From: Octopus sinensis
Taxonomy: Eukaryota
Direction: 5' to 3'
Length of the DNA: 64,000 nt
Assembly (NCBI RefSeq): GCF_006345805.1
Contig: NC_043005.1
Span: forward strand, 14,136,001-14,200,000
The notes beneath the pieces are model-generated. The model had not been told where the DNA came from. It made no database searches and saw only the letters and a list, made by a program, of their open reading frames with translations. Shown here in pieces: positions 24,418 to 38,013 of this stretch (position 1 is its first letter; each line of letters begins with the position of its first letter). A program made the position numbers and the translations under genes.

Positions 24418-26629
24418 TACAATACCTTATAATCTAAAGCTTAAACTAAAGAGAAACCATCATGTTACAAATTTTTTTCAGGAAATGTTATGTATCTTTT
24501 AAAATTCTAGCAAATAAAAATGGTTGGTTGTGCATGAATAATATTAGGAATGAGGATTAGAAGAAAAATATACAAGATTACATCACTTTACAATGTGTAT
24601 TTCTAATATTCAGTCTCATACATTCTGAATTATTTCATCTTAGATCATCATCAGAAGTCTTTCAAACTAGGAACTTGTGAATTTCTTTGGAATTTTTGAA
24701 ATGAAGAATTATCAGTATTATTATATACTGGAAATAGTAGTTAGGGTGGAGGAGGTAAATGGAAGAGGGGTACATAGTGATGGATGGAGATCAGAAGTAG
24801 AGAGAGAGAGAGAGAGAGAAAGGTGTGAAGAAGGATGGAAGGTACCAATGGCCAATATAAAAGAGGTGTTCAATAGAAACAACAGAGATAAGGGATGATA
24901 TTCAGAATGTTAGGTAGGTGACAAGGGGAAGTCGTTCCAAGGAGGTGGGAAACAAGTAGCACAAAAGCAGGGGGGAGAAATACGTGCACCCCTAATCTCA
25001 TGTAATTACAGCAGCTGAGTAAACAGTGGTGTAGTTAGAAGAGTAACGGAGGGATGGGTGTTGGGAAGACGAACTGTGGGGACAGCTTAACAGGGATGAA
25101 TTTAGTTCAGGGACAAAGTTTTGAGGAGCTCATTTTTACTGAGGATAGGTCTTCTTAAAGAAGACACAAAGTGAAGATGATGCATACATTGAGAAATGTA
25201 AAAGGGAATACTCAATACATGTAGCATGGCTTATCTATCAGTATAAAGTTGATGATTCATCCTGTTACCACTCAGAGTTTTAAGCTTGTGATCATTCGAG
25301 TAGCATAGAATCATAGAATTTCATACAGTTTTAACAATTACATACAAACAAGGAATTCTTGAGTAGCAGAGTGAAGCATCAGCTTTATACAAACATACAC
25401 ACAATTTTGAAGAGATCAGACTTTTCCTAATAACAAAATTAGCTCAGACCAGTCATACTGTTAAAAAGAGTTAATGATGATCTTTGTAGTCTAAAAAGAA
25501 TTCATGGAATGAATCTTTTGAACAATACCAGAACATGGTTGGCTGAATCAGGAAAGTACAAGACAAGACAACAAACAAACAAGTTAGTGGTTCATATCTT
25601 CATGCTTAGTTGTGAGAAGAGAAAACACATTATTGTCAAATGGCAGAGTCAATCTAACAATAAAAAGATACAGCAGAATAGGAAACATTAGCTTGCTGAG
25701 CCAGGTTCAATTCAAAGAAGCCTATCCAGGGGAAGATTTATTTCTTCAGCTTAACACCAAGGAAACTAGAGACGATGCACCTGATCTGGACTCCCTTTCA
25801 GTTGAACAACTAGAGGAAGATAATAGCTTGCAAATAGTTGAAAACTGTGAACCTGCTGTGACACCTTTATGACTGACATAATCTAAGAACTGAAGCCATT
25901 ATAATTCATCCAATCAAAATCCTTAAAAAAAATAAATAAATAACTTAAGCTGGCATTAATGATTCAGCAATAAATCTAGTTAGTTTAAGATGATATTGAG
26001 CAGAACTTTAATTTATCCAGATAATTTTTCACAATTATAAGCTTAAACACAATCATAGGCTTAAGTGGCTTAAGCATTTTAGATCCATTATGGAGTCAAC
26101 TACAATCTTTTACTGCAACTTTACAATAGTAAATAATTAGTAACAGAGATAAGACTACAGGAAAGTACAGCATAGCTTTGTTAGAAATAAGGAAAAGTTT
26201 CATACTGGTGTTTTTTTTTTTCTGAAACTGAGGAGCAGAAGTAATGATTATAAAGCCTTTATATGACCTGTTAGATTGAGGGGTACAGATAACCAGGTGG
26301 GTTTACAGTGGTTAACATTCAATTTGATTTATTTAAGATTAAATGGCCACAATGTATACAGTAGCAAGAAGAGTATTGTAAGGTATTAAATTTGATACTA
26401 AGTATCTTTCATTCCATATAATAAGAGACTTGGTATTTCATTGTCAGTTTGTAGTCCTCCCCTTCAGATGCGTCAATCTAGGTATGGGCACATCAGGTTA
26501 CCTTGGAGTGTATACACCTATTTGTCTACAGCAAGAAGTTTTCTCCACGACAAAAATACAGTGAATGGCTTTCTTATGGGTTCAAATATGTCTCAAGTAT
26601 ATTTGAACTGATTACAAATTTATAAGTAA

Positions 26630-27025
26630 CTAGCAGTATCGCCCGGCGTTGCTCGGGTTTGTAAGGGAAATAACTATATAAGCATTTTTAGAGATGTAAA
26701 GTATAATAGCCATCTCAATATGGCTAACCACAAAGGGGGGGGGGTTACTGTAGCTTTTTACATTCTGAGATTTAATAATAAATTTTTAGAGAGTTACTTC
26801 CCTTATATATGACAAAAATGCATTAAAAATGGGGAAAATTGATGGTAATTTTTTTTTTAAATATAGACTCGTCATAGACGCACGCTAATACCCAGAAGAG
26901 CTCGATATGAATCACGACTATAAGATACCCGGTTTTGGTTAAACTGCACCGCAAAATGTGGGAGTAGTTAAGAATCTAAATCGTAGGAGACAGACAGCAC
27001 ACAACCTCACTTTTATATATAAAGA
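26630..27025 (-). mobile_element. Non-autonomous Helitron (variant 1)
   Basis: On the minus strand A|TCTTTATATATAAAAG...CCCGAGCAACGCCGGG-CGATACTGCTAG|T. Confidence 0.9.
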
Positions 27026-27714
27026 TATTTTAGTAAAATACCCCTTTGCAAAGTGTTGTTAAGTTATATAATAAGAATAATATATTAGAATTTTCTTTTA
27101 GGTTTTCACTGGTTATATTTGACAATGTAATGTAAACTGGAAAACAAATTGTTTTTAACAACTAATATTAAATAGATAAAAACTGAACTGCCTTCACTAT
27201 TAATTTCAGAATCAACAAAACAGTCACTTTTATTATGAGTAGCTAGACTTATATGTCCAACATCAGCATGTGAAAAGAAAACTACTTCAGTGAATATGAT
27301 TAAGCTATACACTCAAACTCTTGATTAATATCTTTGCCATCAAACAACTGCTAACCAAAGATGTAGTCATTCGACGTGCTACAAATAGCTACCAAATCTC
27401 TCGTAGATCACACCCTGCCATCTTAAAATTAGGACATATTAAATAATGCACTACTGGGTATCTCTTCAAAAAAAAAAAAAATACAAGATAGTCACAGATG
27501 AAATCTTCTGACCACATGTCTAGTGGATCAGAGTTGACCTGAAACTGAACAAAACCTGTTAATCCTATAATGCCAAAATTATTTATATGCACTAAAAATG
27601 CTATTTATAGATCCTTTTCAGTTTATTTAAGAGCAAGTAGTATAATTCACTGAAAAATGTTTAATTTTCTTACATACAGACAGACACATACAAATATCAT
27701 TTTACATTTTTTAC

Positions 27715-27973
27715 GTGCAGGTGGCATGTAAAAAATACCATTTGAGCGTGGCCGTTGCCAGTACCGCCTGACTCGCCCTCATACCGGTGGTACGTAAAAA
27801 TTATCCACTACACTTGTGGAGTGGTTGGTGTTAGGAAGGGCATCCAGCTGTAGAAACTCTGCCAGATCAAGATTGGAGCCTAGTGCAGCCATCTGGTTCG
27901 CCAGTCCTCAGTCAAATCGTCCAACCCATGCTAGCATGGAAAGCAGACATTAAATGATGATGATGATGATGAT
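27715..27973 (+). mobile_element. RTE 3'UTR copy (subfamily with CCAGTCCTCAGTCAAA)
   Basis: Shared tail GGTTGGTGTTAGGAAGGGCATCCAGCTGTAGAAAC...(GAT)n. Confidence 0.88.
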
Positions 27974-28465
27974 CCACATCTTTTGCTGACATGGGTTAGG
28001 CAGGCTGCACTGTCAAAGTCAATATTTATTTAGAGTGCTGTTTACCAAAACAGCATCAAAGGACCATATCTCTCTCATGAATTTCATTGCTGGCTTAGTT
28101 TCTATAGCCACACCCCCTACCCACCCCACCTTCCTAACAACAACCATTTTACAGAGTGTACTGAGTGCATTTGTGTGTGTTTTCTTGTGGCACCAACACT
28201 AAAGAGGTAGCCTTGTCACAGCCAAGAGTTATTGGTAACATAATCTAATACCTGCTCTATAGTCAGTTTACTGACAATGAAACCTTTCACCCCTCAATAT
28301 TGCTGGCCTTGTGCCTAAATAAGAAACATTATTATATTATTAGACGCATTGGTTAAACTATTTCCTTGGTTATTCATGCGTATGTGTTAACTTTTGTGGG
28401 GGAGGGAGTGCTTTGCATCAGTATTAGCACAGTTTTCTTGGTGATAGTCAAGTTAGTTAATGCAC

Positions 28466-28612
28466 ATCATCATCATCGTTTAACGTCCGCTTTCCAAGCT
28501 GGCATGGATTGGACGGTTTGACTGAGGACTGGTGAGCCAGAGGCTGCACCAGGCTCAATCTGATCTGGCAAAGTTTCTACAGTTGGATGCCCTTCCTAAC
28601 ACCAACCACTCC
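28466..28612 (-). mobile_element. RTE 3'UTR copy, same subfamily as 27715, inverted
   Basis: (CAT)n-CGTTTAACGTCC...TTTGACTGAGGACTGG...CCCTTCCTAACACCAACCACTCC. Confidence 0.88.
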
Positions 28613-29175
28613 AAAGGATCTTAATTGACAGAAAAAATAAAAAAGACAAGGATGAAATAAACTATAAACCAAATTTGAGAAAATATTCTGACCTACACAT
28701 ACATGACCCACCCTAGTAAGAATCAACATCAAGGATGGGGAAAAAAATTTCTACAGTTTTTCTTTCCTAAAACCTTCCTTTTAACTCATTATGTAGACAA
28801 TTAATTTAGGTGTTTTCAAAGAATGACCAAGGTTTCAAGTAAACTATAGTCCCAAAATCTCAATACTACCACAGCCTGTAAAATGTATTCAGAAACATGA
28901 AAGTTGGCTATCAACTGCAGCACAACTTTTCACTCTTGAAACTGAAATGTGATAATCCACAATTAAAATTAAATTTTTAACTATTCGTTTAACCTTGCTG
29001 CAGCCAGTTTTAAATTCAAATTCAATTAAACTGTGACCAAAACTTATTTTATCAGAACCTTTATCAAAGATCATGAAACAAGTATTATTTTCAATCTGAT
29101 ACCCAAAACTTTATAAATATCAGAAAGCAAACAGTAGATAACAAGCTTATGATTACAATAATTATCGTTAGTTGG

Positions 29176-29825
29176 CAAGGCTGTGAGCCAGCAGGATTAT
29201 TAGTGCATTGGACAAAATCGTTAGCAGCATTTCTTCCAGCTCTTTATATTCTGTGTTCAAATACTGCCAAGATCAACTTAACCTTCATCTTTTCAGGGTC
29301 AATAAAATGAAGTACCAGTCATGTAATCACCTTGGCCACTCCCCTCAAAGATGGTCTTTTGCCAAAATGTGAAGCCATTACTGTGTATTGACAGAATTGC
29401 AAAACCATTAGAAAAATGCAACGCAGTATATCTTCCAGCACCTCACATTTTGAGTTCAAATTTTGCAGAGGTCAACTTGCTTTCAATACTTTCAGGGTTG
29501 ATAAAACAAAGTACTAGTCAAGTACTAGGGTCAAAGGTATCAACAAACCATTTCCCTTAAAAATTGCTGGCCTTGTGCCTAAATCAGAAACCCTTATTAT
29601 TATTATATATTATTTCTCAAAGGCAGCAAGCTGGCAGAAACGTTAGCATGCTGGACGAAATGCTTCGCGGTATTTCATCTGTCTTTACGTTCTGAGCTCA
29701 AATTCTGCCGAGGTTGACTTTGCTTTTCATCCTTTTGGGATCAATAAATTAAGTACCAGTTGCATTCTGGGGTCAATCTAGTCAACTGGCCCTCTCCCCC
29801 AAAATTTCAGGCCTTGTGCCTAGAG
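29176..29825 (+). mobile_element. Three head-to-tail SINE family A-related copies (about 29176-29372, 29388-29595, 29620-29825) with an alternative tail
   Basis: Each has the GTTCAAAT..GCC.AG.TCAACTT..CCTTTCATC..GGG.TCAATAAA..AAGTACCAG core; tail GGCCTTGTGCCTA in the last two; divergence differs between copies. Confidence 0.75.
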
Positions 29826-30165
29826 GACAAAAAAAAAAGAAAAAGTATATTTTACTTCTCAGAGTTCTCGATCTTACTAGCTCTGGTTAATTCTGTGGGA
29901 GCACACAGCAACCTGTTGTCAAAGGTCTTACAAGGTCTCTTTCCATGAATTATAAGACTTAATATCTAGATGCTAAGTATTGTGGAAGATACTTAACACT
30001 CAAGTACCCATATATCGATTCCAATTTTTCTGATATATTTACTGAACTTGGTTGTTAGTGCTTCATGTGCCCCTACAACTACAGAGATGATAGTTACTTT
30101 CTTCATTGCCACATTCTTCCAATTTTGTCTTTTAGTAACTTGTTATTATTGTTATTATTATTATT

Positions 30166-30604
30166 GAGTGAGAGAGTAGTGCATGCCATCAAAGTGACAT
30201 TGGGGTAAAATATACGAAGCCTAATATACCCATCATGACTACCCGTCTGATAAGGGTACACCAGGCATATGCATCATGACCACATGTGTGTGATATGGTG
30301 ATCTCACACCAAGATAAACAGCACATGACCTAGCAGGTGGGGCCCAGTTAGAATTTTCTTCAGGTCGAATAGCCCATCCCGCTCAAAAGGATGTTGAACG
30401 AAACTCCCATGTTTCCAGAGGTGAATTATTCAAACCCCAAAGAATTTCTCTCAACACATGGCTACGATGCTCCCCAACTACTTCTGCTCGTGATCAGAGA
30501 TGCACATATCGTCAACTACTAAGGGACATACTCAACTGGTTACGGTCAAACAACTGACAAACAAATCTGTGGTATTGAGCAGAAATATTTGCTGTAGCCC
30601 ATCT
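30166..30604 (-). mobile_element. Non-coding retroelement fragment embedded in (TTA)n, possibly the 3'UTR of a Dong/R4-type element
   Basis: GC-richer block of about 440 bp flanked on both sides by (TTA)n; no ORF; family assignment is inference. Confidence 0.5.
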
Positions 30605-32144
30605 TTATTATTATTATTATTATTTTCAGTATCTTGACAGAGTTCAAAATGGCCATCATTTCTGAGATGACAGGGCGGGATTTAAGAAGTCAGGAAACTA
30701 CATAGAAGTTCCCTGGTTAATGCCAAACACTTTACTGGTACTGCTAATATGTCCTTGAGAAAAGCATGAATGTCACAACTTTCTCATTTCATCCTTCCTC
30801 TATTAATATATAGTCCGCATGACTAGTGACAAAAACTGAAAAATAAAACTCAACATTAACTCAGAAAATTATAACAGTTTTATTTCATTTTCACATCTTA
30901 ATTAATAGAGTCGGTTGTTTCCAGATGGAAACGCAATAAAGCAGAGATATCTTTCAGTTATAAATGATGCAGTGTAATGTAATACAAATATTGATGAGAA
31001 CTATCCACCGACCATGAATATGTTCTAAGGCAGTTTTATAAAAGGAAAGGATGGGGAGGGGGGGAGTCAGTAGAAGAGTTATTTTAAGAGAGATCAATTA
31101 TATAGCTACCAAAGAGAAATTGCTTGTAAAGTTTGAAACCATAAAAGCAACGAAACATATGCACACACATAACCACAGTCTCACACACAAACACGTAATG
31201 TTTATGATCCATTAGATAATATTTAAATTAATAAAATGAAATTTATGAAATATACAAGAGCACACCAATACACAGTAGCAAAGATTAAACTTCTACTGTT
31301 CACAGAATAATGGGTAATTTAACAAAATCCTGAAGCAAAAACAACCAGTACAAGTAATTAACACAAAACTTGCAGCACAATGAAAATTATATATTTTTTT
31401 TTTTTTGCTTGTTGTTTCCTCCCCACCTTACTTCAGACGTAAAACAATAGCATTTGTTTTGGATAGAAGAGTAAACTTGGTGTATTGATAGAAACGGGTC
31501 TAATTGTACTAACAACCAGATGCCATGTAGATGACTATTAATAATGATGATAATACAAAGAGAAACGAAGGAAATTGGGTTAACTATGCTACAATTGAAC
31601 TTTGTTACGTTTAACTAGCAACTTAAACATTACTAATCAGCAAATGATAGGATAGAGGGATAAATAACCAGTAGACTTTTAGTATTGTATTTAGGTTTGC
31701 TGTACAAATTAACTAATTGCACAAACCAACAAAGAAACCTATATGCAGTCACTTAACCTACTGAAAACAGCAGCCAAATATCATCCCAAATCACAGACTA
31801 TTTCTCAAAAGAGAAAGGACAACACAGTGAACTATGCACGTTTGGCATTTATGCATTTTCTGAGGGCATTACCAATGTCAGTAAAGATTTTTCAAACTTT
31901 TGCCACAATAAAGGGTTCATGGCCTTTCTAAGCTAAAAGTTGTCAAATCTTACAATACTGGTTACATCATAAAAAAGGAAGATATGTTGAACAAAATAGT
32001 CCTGGTAATACAAAAAAGAAAAACAAACAATACTGTAATAACTGGAACATATCTGACCATAGGTCTACTTGAACAAAGTTGACCAAGGGGCTAAACAACT
32101 GTCAGTTGTCAAAAGTTGATTTGTTGGGGATACTAAAATAATAA

Positions 32145-32312
32145 ATAATGGTTTCAAATCCTGCCACAAGGGCAGCAATTTTGGGGAGGAGATAAGTTGA
32201 TTACATCGACCCCCTCCCCAGTACTTGATTATCAAGTACTCCATTGGTACTTGATTTATCAACCCCAAAAGGATGAAACAAAGTCGACCTCAGCAGAATT
32301 GAACTCAGAACA
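32145..32312 (-). mobile_element. Decayed SINE family A-related copy
   Basis: GGTACTTGATTTATCAACCCCAAAAGGATGAAACAAAGTCGACCTCAGCAGAATTGAACTCAGAAC. Confidence 0.75.
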
Positions 32313-32321
32313 TATAGTAAT

Positions 32322-32905
32322 GTGCTTGAAAATGATCACATCTCACTCCTCTGGAACTTCACCGTTCAAACTGACAGAAAGGTAGATGCAAATAGGTCAG
32401 ATATTATATTGAAAGACTTCAGATAAAAATCATGCCTCCTCATTGATATGACTGTCCCAATTGACATAAATGTATCTGTCAAGACCTACCAAAAACTGAG
32501 TAAGTGTAAAGATCTTGAAATAGAAATTGGCAAAATGTGAAACCTCAAGACTAAAACAATACCTGTTGTCATAGGTGCCCTAGGAATGATAGCAAAAGGA
32601 GCCGATTCCTACCTAGCTCATATACCAAGAAACCCCAAAATGACAGAAATTCAAAGGATAGTGCTCATAGGAACTGCCCATATCCTACATAAAATACTGT
32701 CTATGTAATCTCAAATTTTAAAACAAACTTATAATTTTCTTATGGTTTCTTAAACATTCTCTAGAACAATACAATGTGCAAAACCAAATATATGACACCC
32801 TAGGCATAACAGCAACTTGAACTTGTAACTTGTCTCTTGAGGTTTCTGTGTGAGACTTGGAGCCAAATTGTACAACTACAAAGCAAAAGTCAAACATAGA
32901 ATAAT
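32322..32905 (+). mobile_element. R4/Dong-clade non-LTR retrotransposon 3' fragment (restriction-like endonuclease domain plus 3'UTR)
   Basis: 32322-32708 in one frame with two stops: VLENDHISLLWNFTVQTDRKVDANRSDIILKD..CLLIDMTVP..KLSKCKDLEIEI..TIPVVIGALG..IQRIVLIGTAHIL; matches the RLE RPD..D..K..KY..L..PVVIGALG pattern; ends at AATAAT. Confidence 0.88.
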
Positions 32906-34271
32906 GAACTTGCGATTTCCAGCCTATTTCAATTCATTAGTATATTTATCACATAAACTGATAATTCACTATACTCTAACAACAATAAATCTACAGAATA
33001 GAAAACTTCTATCCTGAGGGGTTTACTTGTGTATTAATATTGTTTTTGATAAAATGATGCAGCAGTTTAAATCACTTTGAAAAAGTTTTAATGCCTTTGA
33101 AATTATTTTGTAAACATTTACTCTTAGGAAGATTGGTCAATGACTAATAAAAAAAATGTTTAATGCATTCAATAATGTAAGTCTTCTAGATAATTTTGTA
33201 AAGAAATCAGAATTTTAAATTGTGTAAATAAAAAGGTACCCAGGAGATTATGTGAGAGAGAGAGAATAGTTTCAAAAAGATATGCTCAAATCTTTCTACA
33301 GTCCTGTACTACACACCTGAACAAAAACACAAGTCTGTTTTCTCTAGTCTGCTTGACTGACAAAAATAACAAATTCCCCTCCCACTTAACAGTTAAACGT
33401 ATGCCTCAGATTAAGAAAAGTAAAGCATTTGTTACACTTGAATGATGTAAAAAAAAAAGAAGTCTGTTAAAAAAGAATTGTTTAGCAATTCTACTTGTTT
33501 GACAAGTGACTTGATCTTCATAAGGTCAATATCCAATTTTAAAATATACCACAAGTAATTTTATTTCCAGTTATAACCGTGATATACCAAATCAGGAAAA
33601 AACAAAAATAAAATCTGTATTTTTAAAGAAGTCTAACAGTAGTCTTCTAATTCTAAAAATTCTGTGCATTTTTCTTAAATTATAACCAATCCAAACAGGT
33701 ACACAGTATACTTCTATTATAAAACATTGCCTCCAGCTAACATGTAAATAAAAACAAACTGGTTTCATTATCAAAGCTAAAATCTTATTGCAGCTGAAAC
33801 TAAATCATGTAAGAAAATGACTGGGGGCAAAATAATTTACTCAGAACAAAAGACAGGGTCATAGGTGCTGATTAGTATTGTATCAATGGTAGGGTTGTAT
33901 GTGTTTAGGAAATGTGGTACTGAATGGTAATGTTCTTAACACGCATAGAACTGCATGTACATCATGCTTGTATTTAGCTGAATATAACAATATTTTATGT
34001 TATTGATGTTATCCCATTTACTGTTTAGCAAGGTTTTGAGTGAGATTAAAAAAGACAAGATATCGCCTGAGAAGTGTTTGTACTTAAGAAATAATAACGT
34101 CTAATAAGTGTGGTTTGTGGCTTGACAAAGTACATGATACTAATAGTAGATCTAATAGTTGTTCAAGTTGTTAGTGATCCACAAATTAAAGTTTCTGTTT
34201 TAAATTTTCATCATGTAACCAACAAGTATTTCATTTCTGGTATACTAAATCCATGACTCAATTATCTTGTA

Positions 34272-34652
34272 CTAGCAGTATCGCCCGGCATTGCTCGGGT
34301 TTGTAAGGGAAATAACTATATAAGCATTTTTAGAGATGTAAAGTATAATAGCCATCTCAATATGGCTAACCACAAAGGTGGGGTGTTACTGTAGCTTTTT
34401 ACGTTCTGAGATTTAATAATAAATTTTTAGAGAGTTACTTCCCTTATATATGCCAAAAATGCATTAAAAATAGGAAAAATTGATGGTAATTTTTTTTTTA
34501 AATCGTAGACTCATCGTAGACACGCGCTAATACCCAGAAGGGCTCGATATGAATCATGACTATAAGATACCTGCACCGCAAAATGTGGGAGAAGTTAGGA
34601 ATCTAAATCATAGGAGACAGACAGCACACAACCTTACTTTTATATATAAAGA
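34272..34652 (-). mobile_element. Non-autonomous Helitron (variant 1)
   Basis: Near-identical to 26630-27025; TC and CTAG termini in an AT target. Confidence 0.9.
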
Positions 34653-35688
34653 TAACTGAATTGAGCTGACTCTTTTCAATAATCAGTGATTGGCATGATA
34701 CTATAATGATTTGTAAAGTAGACACAAGGCCTTAAATTTTGGGGGAGAAGTCTAAGTCTACTCATTTATGTCAACAGTACTTGATCTACAGTTTATTTTA
34801 TCAACCTTAGAAGAATTTGAAATCAAAATATAAAGGGTTGTTACACTTTGTGAAGTGAATCCAGACTCAGTTTCTGGTAACTAACAGTACTAATATATGA
34901 ATTTTGGAAATGTAGGTAGAAAATCACTTCAGCAGGATAAATAGATAACCCATTATAATTCCTACATATACCCCACAATGGAGTATTGCTACTATATCTA
35001 GGAAGATGAACTATAAGAATGCAGCCAAAGAAAAAGTAATTCAAACAGTCAACTTGATTAGTACATTGACAACTGCACCAAGACAATATAATTCCCTTGT
35101 TCACACATTGCTTTGAAAGACCACTACAAAACTTAATTTCTTTTTGTTTCTACCATTACTACATTAGCTGATATAGCAGTGAGTATGATTCAGTTATGCC
35201 AGCCAGTTTCAATACACTGCTCTCTTTCACACACGTACACAATAAAACTCAGTACACTCTGCAAAATTGGTTCTAGAAATCATCCAGTAGTAAAAGCCAA
35301 ACCAAATCAGAAACTTTGAATGAGATGTGATCCTCCATCAGTCTACAGAAACAACCCAACCACTCAGGCCAGCATAAAAAATAGGTGGTGGTGTTTATGA
35401 TTATGATGATGACAGTGATAAGGATATATCAAATACGCCTCTCTAATCCAAATATGGATTTCTAAACTAGACACATAAGTCTAAGATTTTTTGAAAGAGG
35501 AAATGGTACAATAAAATGTTCATGCTTTTCTTGCATCTGAATTAGAATGAGTGTGGAATTATCCACTTAAATCTTACAACTGCAGACCATGTGTTGCAGG
35601 CCTAAAACGTTCATAATCACTTGCTCATGTTCACCTGACTGACAAACGAACAGGCTCTTCCTTCAACAAAAGCCATTCCGTTTACACA

Positions 35689-35941
35689 CATCATCATCAT
35701 CATCATCGTTTAACGTCCGTTCTCCATGCTGGCATGGGTTGGACGGTTCGACCGGGGATCTGGGAAGCCAGAAGGCTGCACCAGGCTCTAGTCTGATCTG
35801 GCAGTGTTTCTACAGCTGGATGCCCTTCCTAATGCCAACCATTCCATGAGTGTAGTGGGTGCTTTTTACGTGCCAGGCTGGGCTGGCAACGGCCACGATT
35901 GAACTGGTGCTTTTTACGTGCCACCAGCACGGAAGCCAGTC
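35689..35941 (-). mobile_element. RTE 3'UTR copy
   Basis: (CAT)n-CGTTTAACGTCCGTTCTCCATGC...GGTGCTTTTTACGTGCC. Confidence 0.9.
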
Positions 35942-36225
35942 TAAAAAAAAAATTATGTAACATAGTGAGCTGTAAATAATTAACTAAGATTAGGAACGTA
36001 ATTAATAGACAAAATTTCATGTAGCTGTGTTTAAAATTCAGAAACAACAAAGAATGGAGATAACTTCATTAAGATAACCAAACTGAAATGTCTAGACAAT
36101 ATAGATAATGCAGACTGGTATGGATTTGATCTTTCAACCTTTCCTGATCACATATCTGATGAAATACACTAGCTATATGCTTCAATATATTTCCAAAATC
36201 AATCAATAGTTTAAAAGGAGTTTAA

Positions 36226-36445
36226 CCCTTTAATGTTTAAACCGGCCATACCAGGCCAAAATTGTCTTCCTGTTTTATGCTCAAACCAGCCAGCTCTGAC
36301 CTCTCACACCTACCCTACAAAGTCATTCTAAAAACAAAAAGGGACATTATCAAAATCTCAGAGTTACAAAATGCTGTACAATTAATTTAAAACAATGTGA
36401 TTAAACAGGCTTTACATTTGACAGAGTAATCTGAATGCTAAAGGG
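36226..36445 (+). mobile_element. piggyBac-type MITE (family P2)
   Basis: TTAA|CCCTTTA...TAAAGGG|TTAA. Confidence 0.85.
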
Positions 36446-36474
36446 TTAATAAAATAACCTTTTTATCTTATAGA

Positions 36475-36692
36475 GGGTCTTTCTCCGTCTGGGTTGTGGA
36501 TCCGTGGAATAAGCTGCCAGACAAGATAGTGAAGATGCCGACGACTGCTCGGTTCAAAGTCTCTCTTGACCAGAAATGGCCTGAACTCTTTATATGAACA
36601 CTTTCCCTGTACATAACTCCATGTCCCCCTACATGGCCTTGCTTTTGCTTTTTGAGCCAAAAAAATTAAATTAAATTAAATCAAAAATTAAA
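36475..36692 (+). mobile_element. CR1/L2-group LINE 3' end
   Basis: GSFSVWVVDPWNKLPDKIVKMPTTARFKVSLDQKW* matches the FSxRVVxxWNxLP..FKxxLD terminal motif; short 3'UTR and (TTAAA)n tail. Confidence 0.82.
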
Positions 36693-37792
36693 TTATGTTG
36701 TTGTAAGGGACACTGGCAATACATATTTGCATAAAATTATGATAGCAGATTCAAGCTTATGTAAGAACACTTTAAAAAAAGACAGTTTTGTATCATAGAA
36801 CCAGAGATAGTCTTAGGCTGGTGGTTGGTATTGAAAGGTTTAAAATAGGTAACTGGGGAAAGCAACTCACAGGTTTCAATCATATTTGATTCCCAGCAAA
36901 GCATCGAGGGAATGCAGTGGCACTGATTATGGATATCTACTTCAGGCAATTTCTTCTGCACACTAAATATGGCAGGGTTTTGCGTATGATTAACTGAGAT
37001 TATCCATGCAATTAGCAGACAAAAATTCTTTGGTAGGTGTGTAAAATTATAAACAAGAAGCAAAGGAGATAGGTCAGTTGATTTAAATTTTTGGACAATA
37101 TAATGTAATGTAGATCTGGTTTCCAAAATGAGTTGTTTTCATCTGTTGGCTTCAAAGGCCAGATCATTCTAATGAATTGCAGTCAGCTGATTTTAGAACT
37201 ATTTTCTTCGCTTGTTGTTCTTGATTTTTAGCTCCTTTCTTCTCTTTTTTCTTTTTTGTTGGAGTGGGAAGTTCAAACACCCAAAGAGGACAATTTTGTT
37301 TATTAATTGCAAGGGCATTCTCAGTTTTTCAACTCACTATATTACACATGTATTTGTATTTAGTATGTAGAACACTTCTCTGAGATATTTCTCCTTGCCC
37401 ATTTTATGGGGAAATACATGTAAAACACTAGAAAGGAAGAAGAACATATACTCAGCAGTGAAATTGAAGTAGACACATATACAACAATACCAACCCTCTA
37501 TAGGTGCAGAAGTCGGCATGTTATTGTCATTGTCAATACTGATGACAATACCTAACCCACTTTACACAAAGGAGTGAGTTCAGGTGTGGCTGACTAGGTA
37601 AGAAGTTTCTTTCAGCTTCAATCTTGTATTGCACAGCAGACAAATGTCTTTTTAGTATAGCATTGGGTTAGCCAAAAGCTTTGCAGCTAAAAACTGGATG
37701 GCAGAATCTGTGTGGAATCCCATTGAAGGGAGTATTCCAGTTTTGGGGTGTAGTTTTAATTTAATACCTCATTTAACCCTTTGCTATTTTAA

Positions 37793-38013
37793 CCCTTTAG
37801 TTACCAACCCGGCTGAAACCGGCTCTGGCTCTTTAGTATAAATGTCTTGTTTTCATAAGTTTTGAATTCAAAATTTCCACCAAATTTTAGTCACAATTTA
37901 TGTTCCTAACACTAGCTTAATGATAACGATGTTATTTTACTAAATTCTTTCTTATATTTAAAATAATTGGAAGAAACACAGAGCATCTCAAAATAAATAC
38001 AGTAACGAAAGGG
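37793..38013 (+). mobile_element. piggyBac-type MITE (family P1) nested in an older P2 MITE (about 37777-38200)
   Basis: TTAA TSD; TIR CCCTTTAGTTAC / GTAACGAAAGGG; flanks match the P2 interior (CCTGTTTTATGTTCAAA..TCACACCTA..CTACAATGTCATTCTA). Confidence 0.88.

Noticed and set aside
24622-24660. Minus-strand CTGATGA...GAAA hammerhead-like motif
   Set aside because: Stem I does not pair and stem II is misregistered; other CTGANGA hits (9972, 36157, 47210, 53669) also lack the GAAA/stem arrangement
36737-37330. 129-aa minus-strand ORF and adjacent Lys-rich frame
   Set aside because: No recognisable domain, non-ATG start, no coherent splice pattern
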